Positions 39,283 through 49,822 are shown, counted from the stretch's first letter. The stretch is DNA of 64,000 nt from Nanobdellota archaeon (GCA_038045385.1 JBBSYE010000001.1:42165-106164), one strand, 5' to 3'. A program made the numbers and translations. Notes: generated by a model not told the origin, from the sequence alone.

Positions 39283-40554
39283 CTATCTTCTTCCTCTATC
39301 GTGTCGCCATCTTGGCTTGTAATCTCCACTACCCCGACTCTCTTGCTGTCCTCTATCTCTATATCTTCCCCCTCCGCGTCCACCAAAGCCTCCTCTTCCT
39401 TCTCTATCTCCTCTGTCATCAAACCTAATCATGATACTCTCGAACTCAGGCAATTCAACTTTATCAATTTTCAGCTCGTCATCCAGAAGTATACGTCGGA
39501 AATTATCATAGTCTCTCTCTGAAACAACATTGACAGCAATTCCATCCTTCCCAGCCCTAGCAGTTCTCCCAATTCTGTGGACATATTCCTTAGGATTTTT
39601 TGGAATATCATAATTGTAAACATGAGAAACATTCTTTATATCAAGCCCTCTAGCAGCCACGTCAGTGCAAACCAAAATAACTGCCTGCCCAGATTTGAAT
39701 TTTTCCATAATTCTATTTCTTTTATTTTGTGTCAATCCGCCATGTAGGGCCATTGCGTCAATCTGCATCTTATAAAGATTCTTAGCTACGAAATCCGCAT
39801 TTCTTCTCGTATTACAAAACACCATCACAAGTCCAGCTCTCTCTTGCTTAAGCAAATGGACAAGCAAAGAAAACTTTCCCTGTTTAGGCACATCATAATA
39901 AACTTGCGTCAATTTAGAAGCATCAACATAAGATTCAACTGAAACGTCAACAGCATCACGCAAGTATTTCCTAGAGAGGTGCTTAACATCTTGACTTAGA
40001 GTAGCAGAAAATAGCAAAGTCTGCCTTTCCTTAGGACAATTCTTAATTATAGTTTCAACATCCTCAATGAACCCCATGTCCAACATTCTATCTGCCTCAT
40101 CTAAAATTAAGACTTTTACGTGTTTCAAATCTATAGTTCCTCTCTGGAGATGGTCAAGCAATCTTCCAGGAGTTCCAACAACAACATCAGCATATCTCAA
40201 ATCTCTCATCTGTGGCTTTATATCAACACCCCCGTAAATAGTCGCAATATTCAACTTCTTATAACGAGCATATTTTTTAAGAGATTGAGCAACTTGTTCA
40301 GCCAACTCGCGTGTCGGCGCCATAATTAAAGCCTGAATTTTTTCAGTATGAGCAATTCTATCAACAATAGCCGCACCAAAAGCAAGCGTCTTTCCAGAAC
40401 CTGTAGCCGCACTACCCACGACATCGCGCCCAGCAACGACATAAGGAATCGCTTTCTCTTGAATTTCACTCGGTTCAGTGTACTTACTATCTTGAATCGC
40501 TCGCAGAAGGTCTCCGCTTATTCCTAACTTCTTGAATTTTTCCATTTTACTCAA
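39283..40554 (-). CDS. DEAD-box ATP-dependent RNA helicase with RGG/RGD-rich C-terminal tail
   Basis: Q-motif, AATGSGKTLAF, DEAD, SAT, HRIGRTAR. C-terminus GDREGRGGFGGRGGGRYRDRGQQESRGSGDYKPRWRHDRGRR. Confidence 0.9.
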   Translation of the reverse strand: MSKMEKFKKLGISGDLLRAIQDSKYTEPSEIQEKAIPYVVAGRDVVGSAATGSGKTLAFGAAIVDRIAHTEKIQALIMAPTRELAEQVAQSLKKYARYKKLNIATIYGGVDIKPQMRDLRYADVVVGTPGRLLDHLQRGTIDLKHVKVLILDEADRMLDMGFIEDVETIIKNCPKERQTLLFSATLSQDVKHLSRKYLRDAVDVSVESYVDASKLTQVYYDVPKQGKFSLLVHLLKQERAGLVMVFCNTRRNADFVAKNLYKMQIDAMALHGGLTQNKRNRIMEKFKSGQAVILVCTDVAARGLDIKNVSHVYNYDIPKNPKEYVHRIGRTARAGKDGIAVNVVSERDYDNFRRILLDDELKIDKVELPEFESIMIRFDDRGDREGRGGFGGRGGGRYRDRGQQESRGSGDYKPRWRHDRGRR

Positions 40555-40740
40555 ATTCGTGTAATGTATTAAGTGATATCTAGAAACAGATTCCCGTAAG
40601 GGGCTGTTTCACACACAAGCGCTACACGCTTCATTCTTTCGTGTTTTCAAGGCTTTTTAAATGTGCTTGTTTCAGCAAAATTCCTCAAATAATTTTTTAG
40701 GTGACTACACAACAGGCAATTGTAGTCGCCCATATCAACA

Positions 40741-41169
40741 ATGATTTTAAACCTCTTTTATCATCTCAAACCAATGCCCCAATTTGTTGACATAGAAACC
40801 CCTTACTCTGCTAGGACAGAAGGAGAACTAAGAAGAAATATAAGATACGCAAGAGCTTGCGTCAGAGATTCAATTCTAAAAGGTGAATTTCCCTTTGCTT
40901 CGCATTTATTTTATACTCAATCAGGCATTCTCGATGATAACATCCAAGAAGAGAGAGATAGGGGAATAATGGCAGGAAAAGAAATAATCTCACATCTCAA
41001 AGCAACAACTGCAGTCTATACAGATTTAGGAACTTCTAAAGGCATGCAGTTAGGCATAAACCTCGCAAAAGAACAAGGAAGAAATATAGATTACAGAACT
41101 TTAGGAAAAGATTGGGATGCCGAGTTTTCAAAGCACGAACGCTCCCACTCGCATAATAATGTGTGGTAA
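40741..41169 (+). CDS. Hypothetical protein
   Basis: 142-aa ORF. Confidence 0.35.
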   Translation: MILNLFYHLKPMPQFVDIETPYSARTEGELRRNIRYARACVRDSILKGEFPFASHLFYTQSGILDDNIQEERDRGIMAGKEIISHLKATTAVYTDLGTSKGMQLGINLAKEQGRNIDYRTLGKDWDAEFSKHERSHSHNNVW

Positions 41170-41333
41170 TTAAATCTTATTATCAATCTCAAAATTCCCC
41201 AGTATTCTTTCTATTTCCTTATCGGACGCTTTACAAAGAAATAATAAGCCAAAACACAAACAAATAAATACCCTCAATTCTAAAAAAGGTTACATAAAAA
41301 TGACGGAAGGAGATATTACCGATAAGGAATACA

Positions 41334-41933
41334 ATGACTCAATCAGATTTATCTTTACGAATGCAGGAAAACGCTTGGGTTAACTTAAAGATACGAAAAG
41401 CAGTTCCTCAAGACGCACAAAAAGTTTACGAAATAGCAAATTCTCTTAAAATAAACAAAGAAAACCCACAAAAAAACGGCTTCCTAGTCTATGTTACAGA
41501 CTTAGAAGGTTACAAAAAAAGAATAGAACACACACCATATTTTTACATAGCCGAACGCGACGGAGAGGCAATAGGTTTTATGTTTTGCTTTGACGAAAAA
41601 GTTCTTACAAAATTAGTTCAAAAGAAAATAATCACGGGAGAAGATGAAACATTCTCTTTCTATTTCGGAAAGAAAAAACAATTCGTTTTAGTAGATCAAC
41701 TAGGGGTTCAAAAACAACATACCAATCAGGGAGTCGGTAAGGCTTTGTTTGATGCTTTCTTCAAAGATATAATAGGGAAAAGATGCGATGTATATGCAGA
41801 AATTCTTCATAAGCCCATAAGAAACAATTCTACAATCGGTTTTTGCAAGTCAATAGGTTTCAATGAAATAACAGAAATAGCAAATGCCGACAAAAACACA
41901 TGGGGAATTTATCATATTCCCTCCGAATTATAG
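41334..41933 (+). CDS. GNAT-like acetyltransferase
   Basis: FVLVDQLGVQKQHTNQGVGKALFDAF resembles GNAT motif A. Confidence 0.5.
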   Translation: MTQSDLSLRMQENAWVNLKIRKAVPQDAQKVYEIANSLKINKENPQKNGFLVYVTDLEGYKKRIEHTPYFYIAERDGEAIGFMFCFDEKVLTKLVQKKIITGEDETFSFYFGKKKQFVLVDQLGVQKQHTNQGVGKALFDAFFKDIIGKRCDVYAEILHKPIRNNSTIGFCKSIGFNEITEIANADKNTWGIYHIPSEL

Positions 41934-42133
41934 CAAGATTTATTAACGAGTTTTCTTTCAAAAAACTATGTTGCCCTACGAATTACCATTTAGTCATGTT
42001 GTTGCATTTTTTTTAACGCCCTCAAGACAACTTTTAGAGCAAAGATTTTTCTGGGAAGACGTTCTAGAAAATAACTCTCAAAATGAAATAAATAGACAAC
42101 CGGAATATTTCCCTGCTAATCGCAAAAGAAATT

Positions 42134-43579
42134 ATGACCTCCCGCCCAAATCAAATATTTCCCCGCGTCGTGTTTCTCATCAATAAACTATTAAAACACT
42201 CAAATAATACTAGCTATATGCTAAATCTTTACAATACTCTATCTCGAAAGAAAGAATCATTCAAACCAATAAAAAAAGAAGTCGGGATGTATTCCTGCGG
42301 CCCAACAGTATATTGGTATCCTCATGTAGGAAATATGCGTACCTATATCTTCTCTGATATATTAAAAAGAGTTTTAGATTACAACGGCTACAAAGTAAAA
42401 CACGTTATGAACATAACTGACGTAGGCCATCTAACTTCCGATGCAGACGCGGGCGAGGATAGAATGGAATCCGCAGTTTTAAGAGAGCACAAATCTGCTG
42501 AAGAAATTGCAGACTTCTACACTCAAGTCTTTTTAAGCGACATGAAAAAACTCAATATTCTAATTCCAAATTTTATGCCCAAAGCAACAGAACATATCAA
42601 AGAGCAAATTGCCCTAATCAAAGAATTAGAAAAAAAAGGATTCACCTATAAAACTCATGATGGAATCTATTTCAATAGCACAAAATTCAAAAATTATGGT
42701 AAACTTGCAAAAATCAATCTCAAAGGCTTAGAAGCTGGAAAGCGAATAGATATTGGCGAAAAAAAACACAAAACAGATTTTGCACTCTGGAAATTCTCGC
42801 AAAATCCCGGAGAGAGACAGCAAGAATATCAAAGCCCTTGGGGTCTAGGCTTTCCGGGATGGCATCTAGAATGCTCTGCAATGAGCATGAAATATTTAGG
42901 AAAAAGCTTTGACATTCATACTGGCGGAATAGACCACATCCCGATTCATCACACGAATGAAATAGCGCAAAGCGAATCGGCAACTGGAAAGAAATTCGTA
43001 AAATACTGGCTACATGGCGCTTTCTTAAATTTCAAAGGCGAGAAAGTAAGCAAAAGTAAAGGCGGACTTTACACAATTTCAGAGCTAGAAAAGCTAGGCT
43101 ACAATCCAATGCACTTCCGTTATCTCTGCCTTTTAACACACTATCGCAAGCCACTAAATTTCACTTTAAGCCATTTAGAAGCCGCAAAATCCGCTTACGA
43201 GCGACTAAAAAGAAAAGTTCAAAACATAGAAGGCGGCAAAGCAAAAAAAGATTATGAAAAGCAATTCGCCAAAGCATTAAACAATGATTTAAACATGCCT
43301 GAAGCAATTCAAATTCTCTGGAAAGCCCTAGAAGACACACAATATAACTCCAAAGCAAAGAAGCAATTTTTAGAAAAAGCAGATTCAGTTCTAGGCTTAG
43401 AACTCTTAATCACTCAAGATGACCAAATACCAGAAAATGTCCAATCTCTCTTAGTCTCACGTCAAGAAGCCCGAGAGAAAAAAGATTTCAAACTTGCAGA
43501 TAAAATTCGTGAGCAGATTAAATCCCTCGGATTTATAGTTGAAGATACTCCCGAAGGCCAGAAGGTTTCTAAATCTTAA
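42134..43579 (+). CDS. cysS: Cysteine--tRNA ligase
   Basis: MYSCGPTVYWYPHVGNMRTY and KVSKSKGG (KMSKS). The true start is probably the internal Met at about 42218 (MLNLYNTLSRKKE). Confidence 0.8.
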   Translation: MTSRPNQIFPRVVFLINKLLKHSNNTSYMLNLYNTLSRKKESFKPIKKEVGMYSCGPTVYWYPHVGNMRTYIFSDILKRVLDYNGYKVKHVMNITDVGHLTSDADAGEDRMESAVLREHKSAEEIADFYTQVFLSDMKKLNILIPNFMPKATEHIKEQIALIKELEKKGFTYKTHDGIYFNSTKFKNYGKLAKINLKGLEAGKRIDIGEKKHKTDFALWKFSQNPGERQQEYQSPWGLGFPGWHLECSAMSMKYLGKSFDIHTGGIDHIPIHHTNEIAQSESATGKKFVKYWLHGAFLNFKGEKVSKSKGGLYTISELEKLGYNPMHFRYLCLLTHYRKPLNFTLSHLEAAKSAYERLKRKVQNIEGGKAKKDYEKQFAKALNNDLNMPEAIQILWKALEDTQYNSKAKKQFLEKADSVLGLELLITQDDQIPENVQSLLVSRQEAREKKDFKLADKIREQIKSLGFIVEDTPEGQKVSKS

Positions 43580-44205
43580 TATGGATTTTTATATTTTGAA
43601 TAATATCTTTTTCCAAAAAATACATGTCCAAGGAAATAAGCTCCAGAGCCAAAAATTCCTATAAGCAAGTCCGCCATGGTATCATCAAGCGGGTCCATAA
43701 GAAGATTAAATTTCTCAAGCCCGCTATATTCTCTCAAATAAACTCCTTGAAGCTTTAAATCAAATAAATAATCTAGCCCATACTCTGCGATTTCAAACAT
43801 TCCCAATAAGCCCATAGTTACCATAAACGCCAATAACAAACGATATTTTCTCTCAATATTCAGATAGGAAATCATGTAGAAAACTATTGAGGAAACCAAG
43901 ATGGGCTGAATGAAATGCTGTATCTTATCATAGTTAGGATAAAGATAATAAGCAGGACTAAAAAGAAAACTTGCAATCGCGATGATAAAAATGAAAGCAT
44001 AATGTCTCTTCCTGAACCTTATATCAAATCCATGATCTAATGCATAAAAAGCAACTACAAATCCAATAGCAGAAAAAACTCTCAAAACAATAGAAGCGTT
44101 CTTAAAAAAATAAATAAGAAGCATCAAAAGAATCGCAAAAATTACTACGAACCTTCTCTTCAAATGATAAGCAACATGAAACTTGCTAATCAATCTCTTT
44201 CTCAT
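43576..44205 (-). CDS. Integral membrane protein
   Basis: 209 aa with about six TM helices. Confidence 0.45.
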   Translation of the reverse strand: MRKRLISKFHVAYHLKRRFVVIFAILLMLLIYFFKNASIVLRVFSAIGFVVAFYALDHGFDIRFRKRHYAFIFIIAIASFLFSPAYYLYPNYDKIQHFIQPILVSSIVFYMISYLNIERKYRLLLAFMVTMGLLGMFEIAEYGLDYLFDLKLQGVYLREYSGLEKFNLLMDPLDDTMADLLIGIFGSGAYFLGHVFFGKRYYSKYKNPY

Positions 44206-44519
44206 ATAAAACCTAATATTCCCTTATTTAATAATCTCACGATTCTAAATAAAACTCTTAATTCAGCCTTTTCTTCTTCTCAAACACAACTCTTCTTCTA
44301 TCAAAAATATACTCTCTTTCCATTTCAATATTACAAGAGTAACCTCCAACAACTGCATTTTCAGCATAAGGAATTCCATAGCTAATAACACAAGAAATAA
44401 GATGCACAGCTAAAGATTTTCTCATCTACCCCAATAGATAGTCCATTTAAAAAAATATAGGTCCTCAAATGAAGACCTAAAAACTTAATTAAAAAATAAA
44501 AATAATATTTATTTAGCGT

Positions 44520-44852
44520 TTATTGCTCTTCGTTTGAACTTTCAGAGCTTTCTTCGTTGTCTTCGTTTCTTGGCGTAATTCCTTTCTTCTTCATGAAGCA
44601 ACTCTTGCATAATACAGGAGTGCCTTCACGAGGTTTGAATGGAACTTCTCCTTCGTTTCCACATTCAGAGCAGGTTATCTTGTGCATTGTGCGAGGTCCA
44701 AAATCTCTTCTGAATCCTCCTCCACCGCCTCCTCCGCGTCCGCCGAATCCACCGCCGCCACGTCTGAAGCCACCGCCTCCTCCGCCACGTCGATCTCCTC
44801 CGCCTCCGCGTCCGAAACCGCCTCTGTCTCCGCCGTCTCTATCAAATGCCAT
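44520..44852 (-). CDS. RGG-box / zinc-ribbon protein (putative RNA-binding)
   Basis: 110 aa. N-terminus GGDRGGFGRGGGGDRRGGGGGGFRRGGGGFGGRGGGGGGGFRR, then a C-x2-C-x17-C-x2-C zinc ribbon (CSECGNEGEVPFKPREGTPVLCKSC), then an acidic Ser-rich tail. Confidence 0.6.
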   Translation of the reverse strand: MAFDRDGGDRGGFGRGGGGDRRGGGGGGFRRGGGGFGGRGGGGGGGFRRDFGPRTMHKITCSECGNEGEVPFKPREGTPVLCKSCFMKKKGITPRNEDNEESSESSNEEQ

Positions 44853-44977
44853 ATCTTATATTGAGTCCTCCTTTCATCCTAATTGTTTCATTTTCTTGTT
44901 TTCTATAAGAACTAGTACTGGACTCCTTCTTACATTTCCCCTAAAAACTCTCACTATATAAATCTTATGAAGTCGTT

Positions 44978-45285
44978 CTATAAGGCATTTTCACGCATTA
45001 CTCTAGAAGCATAATTCCTCTTCTCATCAGTTAATGCCTTAACTGAAGACGCAACACAAAGACCATATTTCTCCCTAACCTCTTCCATCATACCTTCCGC
45101 TACGTAATCTATATACATTATACAAGTAAAAGTATCAATAACTCCAGTAAAATCAGCAACCCCCTCAAGATTTACATCTCCAATAACTTCCCCAATCCCA
45201 TAAATAATTATTTCTTCTCTTTTCTCTCCACAGCCCGCTAAAAAAGAGCTCCAGAAAGCAAACCTATTAATCCCTTTGATTTCAT
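44978..45285 (-). pseudogene. Putative lipoprotein gene interrupted by a frameshift in a T6 run
   Basis: Reverse complement reads MKSKGLIGLLSGALF*. With one extra T (T6 to T7 at about 45244) it reads MKSKGLIGLLSGALFLAGCGEKREEIIIYGIGEV... (signal peptide plus LAGC lipobox) and stays open to 44978. The span is 308 nt, not a multiple of 3. Confidence 0.5.
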
Positions 45286-45335
45286 ATCTAAAATTCTCAA
45301 ACTAGCGATATAAACTTTATCAATTTTCATATAAA

Positions 45336-45737
45336 TTAGATCTCTCTTTCTTCATAGACTTTATTTGCGATAAAATTCTGAATTCTCATAATTGCATCAG
45401 GATGCATTTTATCTCCAAACATTTTAGGCATTTCACCCAAATCTCTTGTGCCACTATCTACCCTCGCCCAAAGGTCTTCAAAAGGAGAAGGAATATCCAA
45501 AGGAACACTAGCCAATTTACCTTCAATTATCTCCAATTTATAATCATAACCTGTTTTAGCATTATAATTTTTTATCTCTTCAGGTTTTCTCTTGCATGAA
45601 CCGCAAGAATCTTTTGCTCTTACCATATTAAATTCTTCATCAGTTAACTTCCAAGTATTCATTCTCATCAGCATATTCCCAAGAATATGGCAACCATTAC
45701 AATTCCCGCAATCTTTGATTACATTCAATTTAACCAT
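45336..45737 (-). CDS. Cys-rich hypothetical protein
   Basis: 133 aa with CGNCNGCH and CGSC clusters. Confidence 0.4.
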   Translation of the reverse strand: MVKLNVIKDCGNCNGCHILGNMLMRMNTWKLTDEEFNMVRAKDSCGSCKRKPEEIKNYNAKTGYDYKLEIIEGKLASVPLDIPSPFEDLWARVDSGTRDLGEMPKMFGDKMHPDAIMRIQNFIANKVYEEREI

Positions 45738-45766
45738 AAAATTATCCCAAGAAATACTACTTAAAT

Positions 45767-46597
45767 CTAAGCCTTAATTCTTCCTTCTTGCCAATCTTTC
45801 AGCACTAGCCGAGCAGTCCTATCTGTATCAACAAATCCATGTTTCTTGAGAAAATTTCTTTGTTTCCCAAGAACCTCAAGAAAATCATCATCGGCTTTTA
45901 AAGAGAGATGATAATATTTTTCAATTAGCCCAGGATATTGACGCATAAGTTGCACAACCATCAATTCAGGATTTTTAACACTATCAAATCTTCTTATTCC
46001 AATAGCAGTATGTTTAGCCAAAATATCTCTTCCAGCTCTAGTTCCCTCATGATCCGGAATAACTCCTGGGCTATCCAAAATAGCAATATCTTTTCCAAAT
46101 CGCACTTTCTGAATTCCTTTTGTATGTCCGGATATCGGCGATACTGGCGCAGAAGCTCGCCTAGTTAAAACATTCATCAAACTAGATTTACCAGTATTAG
46201 GATAGCCAATAACCCCCACAAGCACTTTCCTCTTCAATTTCAATCTCTTGGCCTCAATCTGAATTCTCTTTCTCAACTCATTCCTCCCAATCTTCTTTGT
46301 GCAAGAGAAAAATACCCAAGGCACTAATTCAAGCGCGGCAGCCTCTTCTTCAGCCTTTTTCATATCAGTCAAGTCAGCCTTATTTAAAATATAAATGAGT
46401 TGTTTCCCTTCTTCACGAACAAGTTTTTCAATTTCGCGATTTCTCGTTTGGTCAATAAAACGTGCATCCAAAATCTCAAGAACAATATCTGCCATTCCAA
46501 CAACTTCAAGGAGAATAAGAGGGAATGCCTTCTTATGCTTATTAGTTCCAACTATAATTCCTGTCTTTCGCGAAGAAAATGAATATCTAATTCTCAT
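45767..46597 (-). CDS. Circularly permuted GTPase (YlqF/RbgA/MJ1464-like ribosome biogenesis GTPase)
   Basis: G4 (NKADL) precedes G1 (GYPNTGKSSLMNVL) and G3 (DSPGV). The start may be the internal Met MADIVLEILDARF. Confidence 0.7.
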   Translation of the reverse strand: MRIRYSFSSRKTGIIVGTNKHKKAFPLILLEVVGMADIVLEILDARFIDQTRNREIEKLVREEGKQLIYILNKADLTDMKKAEEEAAALELVPWVFFSCTKKIGRNELRKRIQIEAKRLKLKRKVLVGVIGYPNTGKSSLMNVLTRRASAPVSPISGHTKGIQKVRFGKDIAILDSPGVIPDHEGTRAGRDILAKHTAIGIRRFDSVKNPELMVVQLMRQYPGLIEKYYHLSLKADDDFLEVLGKQRNFLKKHGFVDTDRTARLVLKDWQEGRIKA

Positions 46598-46629
46598 AAT
46601 AATAAATTGCTAATGCGTTATATAATCCT

Positions 46630-47352
46630 TTAGTTATCAAAACATCTTCTAACTTCTCTAACAATATCCATTAGCTCTCTAACTCTTATTCTATCAACGG
46701 GCATTTGAGTGTCCCCATTGGGTTTGAAATAGCTACCTATAATTGCTCCATCACAAACCCTCAATTGTTCATAAGCATTCTTCGCATTCACACCAGCCCC
46801 AACAACTAAAGGAAAATCTCCAAGATGATATTTGAAAGCTCTAAGTTTATCAGTAGGAGTCTCAATTCCTGTGCCTTCCCCAGTTGTGACAATAGCCTCA
46901 CATATTCCCATAGCTAAAGTTAAATCTTTCTCAAGAGAATTTCCAGTATCTTTAGTATATTTGAATCTCACTCCACCAAGAAGAGAAATATTCGGAAATT
47001 TTCCTCTTAATAGCCCGAGAGTTGAGAAATCAATTCCTCCGCTTACGTTATCAAACTGAACAAACTTTGCCCCATAATTCGCAGCAAATTGGAATCCCTC
47101 ATAAGGATTATGAAGATAATTGACTCCTCTGACAATTTTAAAACCCCTCTCACTTTGTTGCAGAGCATCAAGCAAATTTGAATAATTTCCATGATAATCC
47201 TCAATTATCGCCCCATCAACTCCCTCTTCCTCGTAAATGCCCAATTCATCCAAAGCTCTCTTAATCTTTCCATCTCGTCCATTTCCAGCAAGATGAATCA
47301 TTCCAATAATAGGTTTTTTTATAGGAAATAATTTAGCAAAATCTCTAGTCAT
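46630..47352 (-). CDS. BtpA/SgcQ-family TIM-barrel protein
   Basis: PIIGMIHLAGNGRDGKIKRALDELGIYEEEGVDGAIIED matches the BtpA family N-terminus. Confidence 0.6.
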   Translation of the reverse strand: MTRDFAKLFPIKKPIIGMIHLAGNGRDGKIKRALDELGIYEEEGVDGAIIEDYHGNYSNLLDALQQSERGFKIVRGVNYLHNPYEGFQFAANYGAKFVQFDNVSGGIDFSTLGLLRGKFPNISLLGGVRFKYTKDTGNSLEKDLTLAMGICEAIVTTGEGTGIETPTDKLRAFKYHLGDFPLVVGAGVNAKNAYEQLRVCDGAIIGSYFKPNGDTQMPVDRIRVRELMDIVREVRRCFDN

Positions 47353-47405
47353 TAAATTAAAAATCCAGAATCCCTTTTAATAATTGTTATACTAAAAAAC
47401 AATCT

Positions 47406-47783
47406 CTATCTCACACTAGATTTTTGCAAGGCATATTTTCCCGCGCCAAAAGCATTCAATACAAATAAAACGGCAAGTATCAAAAAGTCTCTTTCAAATC
47501 CAGAAGTTAAACTTGCCTTTGCAAAACATCCCGGAATCTGCACAAAAGCCAGAGCAACTAAAATAATTACCATTAAAGGATAAGTCGCCCAAGGAAATCC
47601 AGCACCAAGAATAAGGAGAATACCAAACAGGACTTCAACAGCTCCAACAAGAAAACCAACAAATCCGTTCAATCCAAGTAATTCAGGCGAAGTAAACAAC
47701 TTAGGCCATCCATGATAAACGAATATAACTCCAACAATAATCCTCAAGGCAAGAAGCGAAGCATTCTGCCACTCTTTATTCAT
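47406..47783 (-). CDS. DoxX-family membrane protein
   Basis: LLALRIIVGVIFVYHGWPKL, a DoxX signature. Confidence 0.65.
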   Translation of the reverse strand: MNKEWQNASLLALRIIVGVIFVYHGWPKLFTSPELLGLNGFVGFLVGAVEVLFGILLILGAGFPWATYPLMVIILVALAFVQIPGCFAKASLTSGFERDFLILAVLFVLNAFGAGKYALQKSSVR

Positions 47784-47817
47784 AAATAAAATAAGCGCAA
47801 TTGTTATTTAAACGTTT

Positions 47818-48504
47818 CTAGATGTCTAAGCCCATATTATCTATTTCTTCTGGTTCAAGAGCCATAATTTTTGTACTAGCGATTTTTACATTATCTTCAT
47901 CAATTTTTGGGAAAATTTCTTTAATACTTTTTTGAACATCTTTGAAATTCCACTCATCCATTAGACGTTTGGAGCTAATAGTATTTTTTACATCTTTTCC
48001 CAAGTTTTCTCTATGTTTATGCCTAATTGGGTCTATGTCCTTCAAATCCACAATATAAAAGTAAGGTTTTTCTTGATGTACAACAAAAAGTTTGGTTGCA
48101 CTCCAAAATTTTAAATATCTATCAATTGAATTTTTTTGAAATTTAAATAAAAGCTTATTTGATTGCCTTTTATCAATAAATCTCGTACTTTTTACTTCAA
48201 AAAACATGATTTGATTATTATTATCTAAAACAATAAAGTCAGGCATAGATTTTATTTTTTCTGCAGAATCAGTATAATTTCCCTTCAAGTTTTTCTTCAA
48301 TTCTTCAATATGGTTTTCCACCCCAAACTTTATTATTTTATATCCTTCCATTGACTTAACCAGAAATTCAAAAATACTCTCAGCATTTTTTCCAAACAAA
48401 TAATTTTTGTTAAATCTTTTGCCAGATTCGTCCATGAAAACAAAAAAGCTCTCGATTAATAAACCTTTACTAAATATGACAACTCGCGCCATTTTTCTCA
48501 GCAT
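47818..48504 (-). CDS. Hypothetical protein with PD-(D/E)xK nuclease-like motif
   Basis: PDFIVLDNNNQIMFFEVKS gives the D...E.K pattern. Confidence 0.35.
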   Translation of the reverse strand: MLRKMARVVIFSKGLLIESFFVFMDESGKRFNKNYLFGKNAESIFEFLVKSMEGYKIIKFGVENHIEELKKNLKGNYTDSAEKIKSMPDFIVLDNNNQIMFFEVKSTRFIDKRQSNKLLFKFQKNSIDRYLKFWSATKLFVVHQEKPYFYIVDLKDIDPIRHKHRENLGKDVKNTISSKRLMDEWNFKDVQKSIKEIFPKIDEDNVKIASTKIMALEPEEIDNMGLDI

Positions 48505-48946
48505 ATTTCTGATGATATTCTTCCGCGCGATAAAACACTCCCGCTTTAGAAATTTCAGTAACTATTTTTCTATCTAATTTTTTCTGTAACTCTTCTCTAG
48601 ACTTTAGTGCCTCTTTCTTTTGCTTCTCGCTCGTGTAAAATATCGCCGAGCGATATTGACTTCCAACATCCGCCCCTTGTCTATTCATAGTTGTAGGATT
48701 ATGACACTTCCAAAAAACTCGCAACAATTCAGTATAACTTATTTTATCAGAATCAAACACAACTTTAACCGCTTCGGCATGTCCAGTTTTACCAGAACAA
48801 ACCTGCTCATAGTTCGGACCCACAACAACTCCTCCAGTATATCCAGATTCCGCCGAAATAACTCCTTTAACTTTAGCAAAAGCATATTCAACTCCCCAGA
48901 AACACCCCGCTGCAAAAATAGCTTCTTCAGTTTTTACTTTAGCCAT
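48470..48946 (-). CDS. msrA: Peptide-methionine (S)-S-oxide reductase
   Basis: AIFAAGCFWGVEYAF catalytic motif. Confidence 0.9.
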   Translation of the reverse strand: MAKVKTEEAIFAAGCFWGVEYAFAKVKGVISAESGYTGGVVVGPNYEQVCSGKTGHAEAVKVVFDSDKISYTELLRVFWKCHNPTTMNRQGADVGSQYRSAIFYTSEKQKKEALKSREELQKKLDRKIVTEISKAGVFYRAEEYHQKYAEKNGASCHI

Positions 48947-48952
48947 AAAAAA

Positions 48953-49411
48953 TTATCTTCTCATCTTCGGCTTCCAAGCAACAAAGCCTATCGCTACAAA
49001 ATATAGAACCCATCCGATTTTAGGAATAATCATAGATAAGCTAAACCATCCAGGGTAATTAGCTTTCTCAAAAATTCTCCAGGTAGCAATCACAAGTAAT
49101 ACAAGTATCGCAAGCCAACCAGCTATTGGAATCAACATCAAGAAAATCCAAGCCCAATGGAATCCGCCCATCTGCAAAATCATAGACATATTAGCAAAAG
49201 GTATCCAAGCAAGCCAAGGAGATTTATGTTTCTGCCTTCGTGCAATGGTCTGCCAAGCCAAAGCAAAATAACAATATAGAGCGATGAAAAAGATTAGTGC
49301 AACCATTATTCCAATAGCAACAACAGTTCCAAAAAGTCCGCCGAAAAATCCACTAACAAAAGGGTCCATGCTCTCCCTAAAAATTGAACTTTTAAATCCC
49401 ATATCTAACAA
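48953..49411 (-). CDS. Integral membrane protein
   Basis: 152 aa with four TM helices. Confidence 0.4.
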   Translation of the reverse strand: MLDMGFKSSIFRESMDPFVSGFFGGLFGTVVAIGIMVALIFFIALYCYFALAWQTIARRQKHKSPWLAWIPFANMSMILQMGGFHWAWIFLMLIPIAGWLAILVLLVIATWRIFEKANYPGWFSLSMIIPKIGWVLYFVAIGFVAWKPKMRR

Positions 49412-49432
49412 TAGAAATTATACTTAATAAAT

Positions 49433-49822
49433 CTATTTAACACTCTTTCCGTTGGCCACCCAGAAGTCAACACCATATTTTTTATTCATTAAAAAAAGAG
49501 CAATAGTCGCCATCGCCAGACCAAAATCTCTAATTCCTACCGGATTAAAACCAATAGAAAACGCTATAAAAAGTAAATGAATTCCCAAAATCAAAGCGGA
49601 AAATCTACTATAAAGACCAATAAGCAAGAATATCCCAAAAGTCAATTCAAGAATTCCATTAAATATAACCCAATTATTCGCAGTCAATATAACTCCCGTC
49701 AAAAAATCAGGCACAAGTTCAGCCCAATCATCCGGCGAGCTAATTTGCGAAAAGCCAAAATATAAAAATACAACTGCTAAAGAAATAGACAACAAAGGAT
49801 AGGAATATTTCTCAAGATTCAT
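49433..49822 (-). CDS. DoxX-like membrane protein
   Basis: 129 aa with four TM helices and a DoxX-like topology. Confidence 0.45.
   Translation of the reverse strand: MNLEKYSYPLLSISLAVVFLYFGFSQISSPDDWAELVPDFLTGVILTANNWVIFNGILELTFGIFLLIGLYSRFSALILGIHLLFIAFSIGFNPVGIRDFGLAMATIALFLMNKKYGVDFWVANGKSVK

Noticed and set aside
41968-42186. 72-aa ORF between GNAT and cysS
   Set aside because: No motif, proline/arginine-rich, and overlaps the extended cysS call. It is probably non-coding leader.
42134-42217. First 28 codons of the cysS track ORF
   Set aside because: This N-terminal extension overlaps the preceding small ORF and is not CysRS-like. The true start is probably the Met at ~42218.
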